Shown here in pieces: positions 51,384-61,031 of a stretch of 64,000 nt of DNA (its first letter is position 1; the number at the start of each line of letters is the position of its first letter). Position numbers and translations under genes: made by a program. A model generated the notes under the pieces. That model did no database searches and was not told the origin of the DNA. It saw nothing but the letters and a program-made list of their open reading frames with translations. Where the stretch lies: the IMG/VR virus record IMGVR_UViG_3300031576_000001, positions 186,001 through 250,000 of that record; one strand, given 5' to 3'.

Positions 51384-51686
51384 CTAGATTTCCTGCAAGA
51401 CGCGGGCTGCTTCGCCCATGCTGCGCAGGATGTTGACAAGCGGTTGGCAGACGAAGTACGGGTCTGCCACGTCAAGGCGTATATACTCCGACGTGATGGT
51501 ACCCCGAATAGCCCCCATCCGGTCCCCTGCGACCTTGGAAACCAGGAAGGTGCCCTCCTCCCCGGTGACCAAGTTCCCAGCCGCTCCGTCTACCTCGTAC
51601 CCCCCGGAGACCAAGAGGGAGGTGAGCGCTCCCCACACGGACTCGCGAAAGTCCTGTGTATTTGGCAGTACGATCAGGTTTTTCAC
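51384..51686 (-). CDS. Hypothetical protein
   Basis: GTGA-coupled start (MKNLIV). Confidence 0.5.
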   Translation of the reverse strand: MKNLIVLPNTQDFRESVWGALTSLLVSGGYEVDGAAGNLVTGEEGTFLVSKVAGDRMGAIRGTITSEYIRLDVADPYFVCQPLVNILRSMGEAARVLQEI

Positions 51687-52276
51687 CGGGTGGTCTCGTC
51701 GGTCTCGACCGTGTTTTCGAGGTTGGTGCGGAAAGCACGCCCCGCGTTGAACCATTCCAGGGAGTCTCCCCAGTGCGCCTCTGGGTAGAGCTTGGGATCG
51801 TCGTACCCACGGGCAAACGCCCCGATGCACGCCGGCATCGCGGTACCAAGGTCTTCGTAGTACGGCACCTTGAAGGCTTTGCTGATAACCGCCTCGTAGC
51901 CATAAGGGCTCTCCCCCATGACGCTCTTGTAGTCAGGCTGGTTTTGCAAGAGCCAGGCGCCCAACGGGTCTACGCCCTCCCGTGATGTATCCCTGAGAAA
52001 CTTATCGTCGCTGTAGCTGTACAGCACCCCAAAGTGCCCCTGGCTAAGAGGAATGTTCTCCCTCTTAGCCCACGCTACCGCGGCTGTCATGGCGTCGAGA
52101 AACGGAGCCGGGCTGGGTACCCCATCGGTTTTCCACTTGAATGTGTCGAGCTGCGCTTGCTTTTTCTTGGCTTTCTGTCGGTTCTTGAGCAAGTCAAAAA
52201 CGCTCATAATACCGTAACCGTAGGCACACAACGCAGCGATGAAAGCCGCACTTTTCAGGATGTAGGGGGTATCCAT
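51683..52276 (-). CDS. Membrane-anchored hypothetical protein
   Basis: GGTGTA-N11-ATG; N-terminal TM helix. Confidence 0.6.
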   Translation of the reverse strand: MDTPYILKSAAFIAALCAYGYGIMSVFDLLKNRQKAKKKQAQLDTFKWKTDGVPSPAPFLDAMTAAVAWAKRENIPLSQGHFGVLYSYSDDKFLRDTSREGVDPLGAWLLQNQPDYKSVMGESPYGYEAVISKAFKVPYYEDLGTAMPACIGAFARGYDDPKLYPEAHWGDSLEWFNAGRAFRTNLENTVETDETTR

Positions 52277-52326
52277 GAGAGGTAGCGTACACCGCCGCCC
52301 CCTGACCCGCACCCATTAAACGCCAA

Positions 52327-52358
52327 GAGGCTCCCCTGTAGTCACACAAGGGAGCCTC
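52327..52358 (-). terminator. Stem-loop downstream of the vWA gene
   Basis: GAGGCTCCC 52327-52335 pairs with GGGAGCCTC 52350-52358, 24 nt after the TTA. Confidence 0.55.
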
Positions 52359-52382
52359 CCCGGTCGCGGTACCGGCAAGGGG

Positions 52383-54665
52383 TAAGATGGCGATCTTGAC
52401 CTCGGAGAGGGCGAACGTGGCTTGTACGTCCCCCAGCTTGGCGGTCTTCAACGTCAGCTTGCAGTTGTCCAGGGAGGTAAACTCCGAGAACCATACCTGC
52501 CCAAGCACGGTGGCGAGCTTGATCTGTGCGATTTCCCTGAGAAGCTCCCTCGTCTCACGGGTCGCCTCCTCGGCGCGGGCGCGTAGCCAGGTCAACCCTT
52601 CCTCGGGGTACTGGAGGGCAACGTCCTTGATGGCAGGCTCCATCAGCAAGGCGCCAGCGTTACCCTTACCCTTGGCCAGCTTCTCCACAGCCTCTTTGAG
52701 GGAGGGCAACGCTGAGAGCCCCTTGAGACTCACGGTAAGCTCGCTTCCGATGTAATGGTCCGTGGACTCCTTGGTCAGCGCCTTGGGTGCGAACCCGCCG
52801 TAATCCGTGATCCCTTGCTCTTTCAACCAAGATGAAACCTCTTCGCCGTGGATAGCGCTGTACCCCAGGCTGGTCTTGCCCCCACCGTAGTCCTTGAGGT
52901 ACCCCTGGTAGACCTTCTGCCGGGCGCGAGCCTCGGTAAGCTGCATGACCTTCTCGCCCAACGTCTTGGCTGAGAGGGTCTTGGTCATGGAGCGGTTGAC
53001 CACGGCAAGGGAACCCAGGTCAAGAACCGCCTCGACCTCAAAGTCCAGCTTGGTCTCGGAGAGAACCGGTACCCCTTTGGCTTTCAGGTTGGCTAGCGTC
53101 TCGTGCGAGACCTTGACCGGCAAGCTCTTGACATTGACCAGACCGTCACGGATGATGCTGTAGTTCCGGTGAATGTAAGTAGGGAACTTCTCGGGGAGGT
53201 TGCCCACCATGGACGGGGGGAGCCGCTTGGAAAGGTCCACGGTCCCCCACACCTTGACCTGTAGGCTCACGTTCGGGCGATCCTCGTTGTAAACGAGGTT
53301 TTCGATGGTCGAGCCCGCTTCCTTCTCAGCCTCATCGGGCACGAACGTGAGAGGCTCTGGCTTGCTGGCGACAATGCTTGCAATCTTCTCTTGCAAGGTT
53401 TTGACAGCGGCTACCGTGATCTTGGGCTTGCTCATCTGAGCTTGCAACGAGGCGATCTCAGCCGTCTCCTCGTCCGTGAACCGCGAAGAGGCATCCTCCC
53501 GTGCGCGCCCGATCCGGGTGTACTTCCACTCGGGGTGGTACGGCAGAACCCGGTTGGTGCTGTCCGAGGCGAGGATACTGAGCACGTCCAGCACGGTCAC
53601 GGCGTTGTCGTCGGGTACCTTGGTGGGGTCGTAACCCTCTTGGTAGCGAGCGCCCGCGTCAAAGGCTGCCTTGGTCACGTCCGCCTGAAACTCGCTGTAC
53701 TTCTGCTTTCCGAAGCACTTGGCAAACCGGGTAATGAAGCGCACGTCACCCGTGAACTTCAACAAGGGGAGCACCACGTCGGGCTGCATCCGGCTTGAGA
53801 ACAGGCTAATCGCCGCGTACACGGGGGGCAGTACCGCCTCGTCAGGCTTCCCCGTGGTCGGCGCACCCCCCTTGCTCGCAGAGAGGTAGTACACGGTGGT
53901 CACGTCGGGGGGTACCGTGACGGAGCCCCCCTCTACGCCAAACGTCAGCACGTCACCCTGAGAGAGGGCAAAGGCCACGTTACCTACCGCGTCCCCGGAG
54001 AGGGTCAGCGTCTTCTTGGGGGTCGCCGCGACCTTGCGCCCGAAAACCTTGGTGATTTGTGGCTCGTAAGCCGAGAAGTCCTCCGTGAAGAGGAGGGCAC
54101 CCCCCAGCTTGGCTGCCATCGCAGAGAGGAGGGAGCGGTCAGCGTAAAACCCCCACTCGACCACGGCGGCACTATCCGCCTCAATCTTGCCCAGGGTAGC
54201 CAGGATCTTCTCTCGGCTCCCCTGGTTGTCGTAACCGTCGCTGAGGAACAGGAGGGCTACTGCCTCCCCGGGGTGCGCCTTCCTTAGCCTGGCGATCACG
54301 CGCGCCGCTTCCTCCAAGGGGTCTTGGAAGCCTGTGAGCCCTACCGGCTTGAGCCAGCGGTCCACCGCAGCGTTGACCTTGGCCAGGTCTTTGAGGTTAC
54401 GTAGCGCCACGTCCTCGAAGATGACCCCACACTCCCCCCTGCCGGAGAACCAGATCAGGCTCACGGTGTCCTTCTCGCCCACCAGCGAGGGAAACTTGCC
54501 CTTGATCTGCGCTCGCATGTCGGGCAGCGCACCGCTCATTGAGCCGCTGCAATCGACAACCAGCAAGTGATTCGTCGGGGGCGCTTTCGCTGGGGTGCTG
54601 TCTTTGCCCGCGCTAAAGGCTACCAGCGCGAGTCCGTTACCAAGAGGCGTTGTTGTCGGTTTCAT
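52383..54665 (-). CDS. vWA-domain protein
   Basis: MIDAS VVDCSGSM, GLT, FLSDGYDN. The only in-frame TTA follows EVKIAI (standard end 52194). Confidence 0.85.
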
Positions 54666-54726
54666 CGTTGGGCTAAGGTACACCCCAAACGGTAGGACCG
54701 TAGACCCAAACTATGTCCTACCCTCG

Positions 54727-55053
54727 TCAGTCGTTGTTGAGGGCGTCTGGCACGCACCCCAGCTTCTTGTACACTCTGGCAAAGAAGGCTTCCACCTCTT
54801 CGATGGTGTTGCCCTCCTGGGTTGCCAGGCGAAACGACATCGGGTTTCCCGCGTCAGACGGGAGGTAGAACGTGACCTCCCACGCGAAAGAGGTAGACAT
54901 CCCAAAAAACTGCCATTGCTGGCACTGTAGGAAGTAGAGCTTCTTGTCGTCACCCCACACAGTCTTCAGAAACAGAGCGACCTTGAAGGCATCCCGGTCA
55001 TAGTATACCCGGTAGCCCGTGGCTTTGAGGTTTTCTGGCGTAATAGGGGTCAT
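54727..55053 (-). CDS. Hypothetical protein
   Basis: GGAG then ATG (MTPITPEN). Confidence 0.55.
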   Translation of the reverse strand: MTPITPENLKATGYRVYYDRDAFKVALFLKTVWGDDKKLYFLQCQQWQFFGMSTSFAWEVTFYLPSDAGNPMSFRLATQEGNTIEEVEAFFARVYKKLGCVPDALNND

Positions 55054-55087
55054 GTGTGTCTCCGTAGGTGCCACTCTTGGCGAGGCG

Positions 55088-55390
55088 TCAGGGTACAACG
55101 CAGAAGTTGTCTGGCTCAGAGGGGCACGTCTCTAGGACCAAGGTGTGAAAGACCCCTACCTTGTCTTGGTAGGTCAGGGTCGCCGCAGTCTTGCTGACGG
55201 GGGTGACCTGTGGCTTGTCGATACCATTGGTTGCCGCCCAAACCAGCACCCGCTCTTTGGTGACGGAGAGTACCTCTGGGGTCCGGATAGCCTCCCAATC
55301 TCGGTTTGTTCGCGAGATTTTGCGCACCGCTAGCCCGGTAACCAACAGGGTGCCTGCGCAAACGAGCAGCAGGACTGCACGATCTATCAT
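55088..55390 (-). CDS. Membrane-anchored hypothetical protein
   Basis: GGTGTA-N10-ATG; N-terminal TM helix. Confidence 0.55.
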   Translation of the reverse strand: MIDRAVLLLVCAGTLLVTGLAVRKISRTNRDWEAIRTPEVLSVTKERVLVWAATNGIDKPQVTPVSKTAATLTYQDKVGVFHTLVLETCPSEPDNFCVVP

Positions 55391-55420
55391 GCCCGGAGCT
55401 TACACCCTCTTGGTCTTCTG

Positions 55421-55639
55421 TCAGGGCTTAGGGGGAAGGCGCCGCACGACCCTGCGAAGCGCCTCTACCGTGGCGCTAGCGGGATTGTTGGGGTCAAAGC
55501 CGCTCTCGGTTTTCATCCAGGGGTAGGGTCGCCCGTTCTCTTCGTGGTACCCGAAGGTCAAAGTGACGCTGTTCAAGGCGGACAGCCCGAGGCTCTCGCG
55601 AGCCTCTTCAATCAACTCGCGCATTTGCAGGGGAGTCAT
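55421..55639 (-). CDS. Hypothetical protein
   Basis: AGGAG ribosome-binding site. Confidence 0.5.
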   Translation of the reverse strand: MTPLQMRELIEEARESLGLSALNSVTLTFGYHEENGRPYPWMKTESGFDPNNPASATVEALRRVVRRLPPKP

Positions 55640-55657
55640 GGTTATCTTCTCCTAGGC

Positions 55658-56011
55658 TCAGGGGAACTGGGCGACGCCCTTGAAGGTGTAGATCGGACCC
55701 TCGACGGCGCCCACCGTCACGGTCGCGGGCTTGCTCAGCTTGCGCAACACGACCCGGTTGAGGGGGTCGCCCGTGTTGAGGCTCACCTTGTCGCCGCTCA
55801 GGCGAGCCGAGGACATCGCCCACATGACGTGGGCGGGGGTGCCGAAGACCTTGAAGGTCACCCGGTAACCCATGCCAGGCTCGAAGGTGGCGCCCTTGAT
55901 GGTGCCTCGCATACCCTTGCGGGTCGAGACGGCTTCGCAGCCCTTTTCCACGATGAAAAGGGTGCCGACGAGGCGCGCGGGGTCAAACTTGGGGGTTTTG
56001 GAGGTGGTCAT
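55658..56011 (-). CDS. Hypothetical protein
   Basis: Starts at a CGTA-class promoter. Confidence 0.6.
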   Translation of the reverse strand: MTTSKTPKFDPARLVGTLFIVEKGCEAVSTRKGMRGTIKGATFEPGMGYRVTFKVFGTPAHVMWAMSSARLSGDKVSLNTGDPLNRVVLRKLSKPATVTVGAVEGPIYTFKGVAQFP

Positions 56012-56020
56012 AACCCCTCT

Positions 56021-56045
56021 TACGCTCACCCTGGCGGGCGACTCA
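56021..56045 (-). promoter_or_regulatory. ECF-type promoter TGAGTC-N15-CGTA
   Basis: Followed by AGAGGGGTT-ATG; 3' half identical to the 43773 copy. Confidence 0.7.
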
Positions 56046-56116
56046 CGGAAAAGATGTCGGGAGGGGACACCTTTTAATAGAAAGGACTCGACGATGGGAG
56101 TCACCCTTTACCCTTG

Positions 56117-57709
56117 TAACCGAGAGGAGGCTAGGTGAACGATGTCCCACGCGGGCTCGCCTGTGTAGACCTCAGCCTCTAGGGGTGTGAAGTGCCCCAG
56201 TAGGAGCCTTGCCTTCTTGCTGGCAGAAACCTCCAAAGACTCGATGGCTGCCATGAGGTTCAGCAAGACCTCTGACGACTCGTTCTTGAGGGGACCGTCA
56301 ACAAGGTGGTTCAGCAAGTCCAGCGCCTTGGGGTTGAGGGAATAATGCGACCGCCCCCCTTTGAGCGCCGTGAGGTTGATCTTTACCCCGAGAGGCTTGC
56401 TGGTGATGGGGGTCAGTCGCCAGTCGTCGCGCAGGGCGACAACGGATTCTGGTTTGAGGGCTACCGCCTTACCGTTGAAAAACATGGTTGCCGTGTACTG
56501 TGTGGGTCTCACGCCCTGAGCCACGTCAAACATGATTTCCACCTGGATCTTGCGACCCGCACCTTCAGCCTCAGCAAGGAAGCCCGCGCCAGCCAGGGCG
56601 TCTTTCAAAGAGAGGGTCTCTTTCTCGGTCCTCACGTCCTTTGCGGTGAGCGTAGTCTTGGTGGGGCTAAGGACGGCAAACTTCTTAGGTACCTCGAAGT
56701 CCCCAGGTAGACTCTTGGCGAGCGCCAGCATGACTTTCGGAATCGCTGAGAGGTTCTTGGCTACCCCGGAGACTGCGAGAAAGGACTCCTCGGCTACGGT
56801 CTTTAGCCCCGTGGCGCTAACACTGGGGGTTTCATTGTATCGCACCCCACAGAGCACGCCGTACTGTTCGCCCTTCTTACCCACCGCTACGAAGATTTGC
56901 GCGGTTTGGTCCACGGTTGAGCCCTCCCTTCTCAGCGTTTTCCAGCCGTGGTCGGCTACCACGCCCCATTCCACCCCGGAGGGGGGGTTGTAGAAGGGCA
57001 CCCCTGGAATGGTGGTGGGTGGCTTCTTACTGTTGCGATAGTGGTTGACGGGTACCGCAAAGAGAGCCACTGTATCCTGCAACGCGTCAACCACACCCTC
57101 TTTGGTTGTAAAAGTGCGGACTACCTGTGGGACTGACGACAATTTACCTGAGCCTTGGAGGGAGTAAGCCCATTTGGACAGATCCCCTCTTGGCTGAAAC
57201 ACTTTGAGGAATAGATTCCCGTCGTAGGTATTACCAGCGATGCGACAGGCTACACCTTCGTTGATCAGTTCGATCTTGAAAAGCGACCACGGCACAAGGT
57301 CTGGCATTTGTGCCGTAAGATAGCGTAGCCAGTGGGGGGAAGCCTCTTGGCATACCCTTAGAAGATCCGTAGCTGGGGGCGGTTGCTGGGGTCGCGGTGC
57401 GGGGCGCGTGTACGGTGACTGTGGACGGGGAGCGTAACCACCCCCACCCCCGCTGTACTCGGGCGTAGCGCGCTGTACCCCCGTTAGTACGTCCTTGGCC
57501 ACGTTGACCTGGACCATCTTGCTTGGGTCACCACCCCGGTCAGGGTGGTTCTCAATCGCCTTGCGCTTGTACGCCTTCTTGATGTCCTCTTCGGTGGGTG
57601 TACCCGTCAAACCTAGCAAAGCCAGCGCTTCGCTACGCTTCATGGCTTGGACCAGGCGAGCATAGAGGGTTCTCTTGTAACGGCGAACAAGTTCGTTTGG
57701 GTCAAGCAT
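56117..57709 (-). CDS. J-domain (DnaJ N-terminal) protein, long
   Basis: IKKAYKRKAIENHPDRGG...VNVAKDVL. TTA three codons before the TAA at 56108. Confidence 0.8.
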
Positions 57710-57814
57710 GGCTTCTCATCACAGAGGGGGATAAAAACTACCTTTTTCCCCGAGAGTCTAAAGTAAGATGCCGCGCTACCTCTTGGCTATCGGCGTGCTA
57801 CACTCCTGCACACC

Positions 57815-58114
57815 ATGAAAGCTCTATTGATCCTGTTGGTTCTGCTCACGGCGTCGAGCACGGCTTACGCTGACATTATGCCAGGGAGGTTCCCCCGCTA
57901 CAACCCGCCACCCCGTTATATACTGTGGCAGGAGCCCCCGGCGTGGGATGACCACTCGCCGGTCCCTAGTGCGCCTCTACCTGGCACGCCTCAACCCTGG
58001 GAAGTACCGGTACCTGCAACGCCCCCTGCCCCTGCGGGGGCGCTGGCGCTGGTCATGCTGGCTCTAGGTGCTACCGCCCTCTTGGTTACCAGGCGCAACG
58101 CAAAAGCAGCCTGA
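57815..58114 (+). CDS. Small secreted Pro-rich protein with C-terminal TM anchor
   Basis: Signal peptide ending AYA-D, Pro-rich body, TM helix followed by RR. Confidence 0.65.
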   Translation: MKALLILLVLLTASSTAYADIMPGRFPRYNPPPRYILWQEPPAWDDHSPVPSAPLPGTPQPWEVPVPATPPAPAGALALVMLALGATALLVTRRNAKAA

Positions 58115-58150
58115 CACAGAGGGTGTCCTTCTATTCCCTACCTGACAGGT

Positions 58151-58531
58151 ATGCACCATCGGGTTGTCGCACAGTACGTTCGCAAGCTCTACGCCCGCCT
58201 CGTCCTGGCAATGACCACCCAGGAAGCCAAGAGGCTCTTGGGGTTGACCTCAGCCTACCCGACCCAAGAGGAGGTAAGCAAAGCCTGGAAACAGAAGGCG
58301 CGTGAGAACCACCCCGACCTGGGGGGTAGTGACGCGGTGATGGCTCAGATCAACGCAGCCAAGGACGTACTTCTCGGGCTAAACCAGCGATTCACCCCGG
58401 ACCCTACGTGGTCTACTGGGGGTCCGCAACAGGCTCAAGCCACGCCAGCGCAGGGGTGGTCATGCAGAACCGCCCTCCAGCACGACCCACAGGGGATAGC
58501 CAGAGAGAACAGTTTCAATACCTCCGGGTTA
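58151..58531 (+). CDS. J-domain protein, short
   Basis: VSKAWKQKARENHPDLGG...INAAKDVL. TTA at 58529-58531; 3' end uncertain. Confidence 0.7.
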
Positions 58532-58887
58532 GAGAGCGCCGCAACCTCTTCCTCTGAGAGGTTAGCCAGGGGCAGCGCCATCGCGGAGCCCCACGGAGCC
58601 GTCACGACAAGGTTGGCACCCTCCAGCGTCACGGTAGGGTCAGGTTGGCTTGTGTCGTAATTGTAAGCGTCGTGGCAGTAGTCTCGGGCGAGGTCGTCCA
58701 GCGAAGTGTACCCCCCGGCGCCCGCACACTTCTCGACCCACCACCCCAGGTCCGTCGCGTGCAGCCGGAAAGCCGTACCGTTGCCCAGCGTCAACTTGAC
58801 CATCGCCTCCCTCGCGTTAGGTGGGTCTACAGAGACCACCACCTGACCCACCAAGAGACCCCTTAGCTCCTCTAGCGCGTTGCTCAT
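58435..58887 (-). CDS. Hypothetical protein
   Basis: GGTGTA-N11-ATG. Confidence 0.55.
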   Translation of the reverse strand: MSNALEELRGLLVGQVVVSVDPPNAREAMVKLTLGNGTAFRLHATDLGWWVEKCAGAGGYTSLDDLARDYCHDAYNYDTSQPDPTVTLEGANLVVTAPWGSAMALPLANLSEEEVAALSNPEVLKLFSLAIPCGSCWRAVLHDHPCAGVA

Positions 58888-59108
58888 GCCGCCTGCCTTA
58901 CACCAACCACCCCCGAAGAACCACCACGTACCCTCTTGGTTTCCATACAGACCCATATGGAACTTCCGGGTAGGTCTAAGATGACCCTGCCACTTTTTAC
59001 GATGTTTTTATCACTGAGCCCCGAGGGGAGGACTCCAGTGTGCATCGACAGAATTTCTCCATACACTTGTAGGTCGAGGTGGGTGCAAGGAGACCCGGAA
59101 GAAAGTTG

Positions 59109-59133
59109 TGAATCGTGAGGCTAGCCAAGCGTA
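59109..59133 (+). promoter_or_regulatory. ECF-type promoter TGAATC-N15-CGTA
   Basis: Followed by GGAGGGGTT-ATG 59143. Confidence 0.7.
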
Positions 59134-59142
59134 GGAGGGGTT

Positions 59143-59442
59143 ATGAACGCCACCGAAACCTGCCGCTGCCCCCTCTGCTGTACCCCCTTTGACAACCACG
59201 ACGGGTTGTTTGACCTTTGCGAGGGTTGCTCCGGGGTGGTGACCTCCGACCTGGACAGCATCGCCCTCTTCGCGGCTGAGGGGGTCTCCGATTACCTCTA
59301 CGAAGAGGTTCCCGCCCTGTGCCCCTGCCTCTCGGTGTGCCCGGAGTGCGCGGAGCCTACCGCTCCCGACGAGTGGTCCCCGCACAGCGTGGCGCCGCTG
59401 TGCATCAACTGCGACCACTACCCTTTCGCGGCGGACGCCTGA
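59143..59442 (+). CDS. Cys-rich Zn-finger protein
   Basis: Multiple CxxC pairs. Confidence 0.55.
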   Translation: MNATETCRCPLCCTPFDNHDGLFDLCEGCSGVVTSDLDSIALFAAEGVSDYLYEEVPALCPCLSVCPECAEPTAPDEWSPHSVAPLCINCDHYPFAADA

Positions 59443-59469
59443 CCGCTCCGCTCAGCGAGGAGAACCCCC

Positions 59470-59682
59470 ATGGACATCACGATTCGCGTTTCCACGCTGG
59501 ACGGGTCTAATCGCACCCGCAAGTTCAAGACCCTCGCGGGGGCTCGCAAGTTCGCACAGAACCGGGTTGGGGAGCACCCCGAGGTCAGCGAGTTCTTTCG
59601 GTACGCGGTAGGCGCCTGGGGTGACGTGAAGGTGAGCGTGACGGGTTGCACGCTCGCTGACCTCTTTCCGCCCAAGCCCTGA
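59470..59682 (+). CDS. Hypothetical protein
   Basis: GAGGAG site; RKFKTLAGARKFA. Confidence 0.6.
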   Translation: MDITIRVSTLDGSNRTRKFKTLAGARKFAQNRVGEHPEVSEFFRYAVGAWGDVKVSVTGCTLADLFPPKP

Positions 59683-59706
59683 GCCGGGCGGGTGTATCTA
59701 CGCCCC

Positions 59707-60072
59707 ATGCCCGAATTCGTAACCAAAACGTGGACCCCCGTGGACCACAGTTGCCGCCAGGGGCGTTCCCTGGCTGGCCACTGGGAGGTCCACACCACGG
59801 ACAGTCCAGAGAAGGTCCATCTGGACCAAGACGCCTCGTTTCCCTGGCAGGGGTTCCGTGAGCCTGTGGTGCGCTCCTACAGCATACAGATCCCCGAGAA
59901 GCTCGCCTATGCCTTCGAGGAGGCAATCAACAAGCACTTTCCAGGGACACTGGACGTGCTCTACGTTTGCCCGATTTACACCAAAGAGGAGGTCCGGTAC
60001 GATTACGACCCCTCCAACGTGAGGCTAGCTTGGTTTTGCCAGGGTTTTGGAGCAGCGGTATCGAGCTACTGA
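59707..60072 (+). CDS. Hypothetical protein
   Basis: GGTGTA-N10-ATG. Confidence 0.55.
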   Translation: MPEFVTKTWTPVDHSCRQGRSLAGHWEVHTTDSPEKVHLDQDASFPWQGFREPVVRSYSIQIPEKLAYAFEEAINKHFPGTLDVLYVCPIYTKEEVRYDYDPSNVRLAWFCQGFGAAVSSY

Positions 60073-60075
60073 TAC

Positions 60076-60097
60076 CGCTATCGCGTTTTCGATAGCG
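60076..60097. terminator. Stem-loop between convergent genes
   Basis: CGCTATCG-N6-CGATAGCG. Confidence 0.55.
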
Positions 60098-60114
60098 TGT
60101 CACCTAACCTGGCG

Positions 60115-60564
60115 TAAGCCCTTGACAATCAAGGTAAAAGAGCCAAGCGGAGAGGTAACCTGCATGGTGCGCTCTCCTGGGGGGGTGTAGACATCGAGGG
60201 GGTAAGCACCCTTGGGTAGGAGGTTACCCAGGTGGTAGTGAAGCTCACCCCACACCCAAGAGGCAAGGCTAATCTCGGGGGGCTTCTCGGTCTTGGTACT
60301 GTCCTCTTCCCAGACTTGCACCGTGGGCTCAGGGTTGAAGGTGGGTGGGGGGTTTATGGTGACCTGGAACCGGTAGAGGTGGGAGCCCTCTGGGTAGCCC
60401 TGTGGGCTAAGGGGGAGGTCACGCTCCAAGTAGAGGTTCTTCTCCGTGGTTGCCCAGTTGTAGGCGAGCCAGGCGGTCATCACGCGGGGAGTGTACTTCT
60501 CTGGGTCTTCTCCGGGTTGGGCGACTCTCATGCGGTGTGGGTGCTGTGTGCTCGTATCGGTCAA
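60115..60564 (-). CDS. Hypothetical protein
   Basis: TTA at 60115-60117, five codons before the TGA at 60100. Confidence 0.5.
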
Positions 60565-60593
60565 GGTGGGCTTTCTTTACCCTCAAATTCTTG

Positions 60594-60618
60594 TGAAGGG
60601 TAGCCCCACCTTAACGTA
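60594..60618 (+). promoter_or_regulatory. ECF-type promoter TGAAGG-N15-CGTA
   Basis: 9 nt upstream of ATG 60628. Confidence 0.6.
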
Positions 60619-60627
60619 ATATTGGGT

Positions 60628-60948
60628 ATGTCCCCTAATCGCCCCACCCCACCCTCTCGTAATACCGCCGCCCGCCTGGCTCGGAAATGGGCGCTTGCTA
60701 TGCCCTCCGCGGGCGACCGTCTGTCCCGCGCCGTGCCCCTCATCGATGGGGTCAACACCTGGGACGGCGAGAAGTTCACCATCGTCGGCAGCAAGGGTAC
60801 GGTCTACAGCATCGTGGTGGACCGTACCAAGCAGGGCGGTTCCCGCTGTACCTGCCCGGACCACACCGAGAAGGGCAACCGCTGCAAGCACTTGTGGGCT
60901 TGCGCGCTCTGGGAAGTTGGGCGTAAGGTGGACTACCTCGACTTCTGA
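60628..60948 (+). CDS. SWIM zinc-finger protein
   Basis: CTCPD......CKH. Confidence 0.75.
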   Translation: MSPNRPTPPSRNTAARLARKWALAMPSAGDRLSRAVPLIDGVNTWDGEKFTIVGSKGTVYSIVVDRTKQGGSRCTCPDHTEKGNRCKHLWACALWEVGRKVDYLDF

Positions 60949-61031
60949 GCCTGGAGGCTATGACGGTGCCACACGACTAGAGGTCAGTGCAAGCCCTCCC
61001 GTGGTACCAGACCCGTGCTAGGCTCGCCACC

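Larger units (their letters stand above)
467..60263. repeat. Dispersed octamer CCAAGAGG/CCTCTTGG, at least 74 copies
   Basis: Eye count on both strands, e.g. 467, 3123, 3243, 6029, 14420, 14467, 30988, 31015, 49053, 49158, 49365, 49462, 58227, 58264. Confidence 0.85.
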
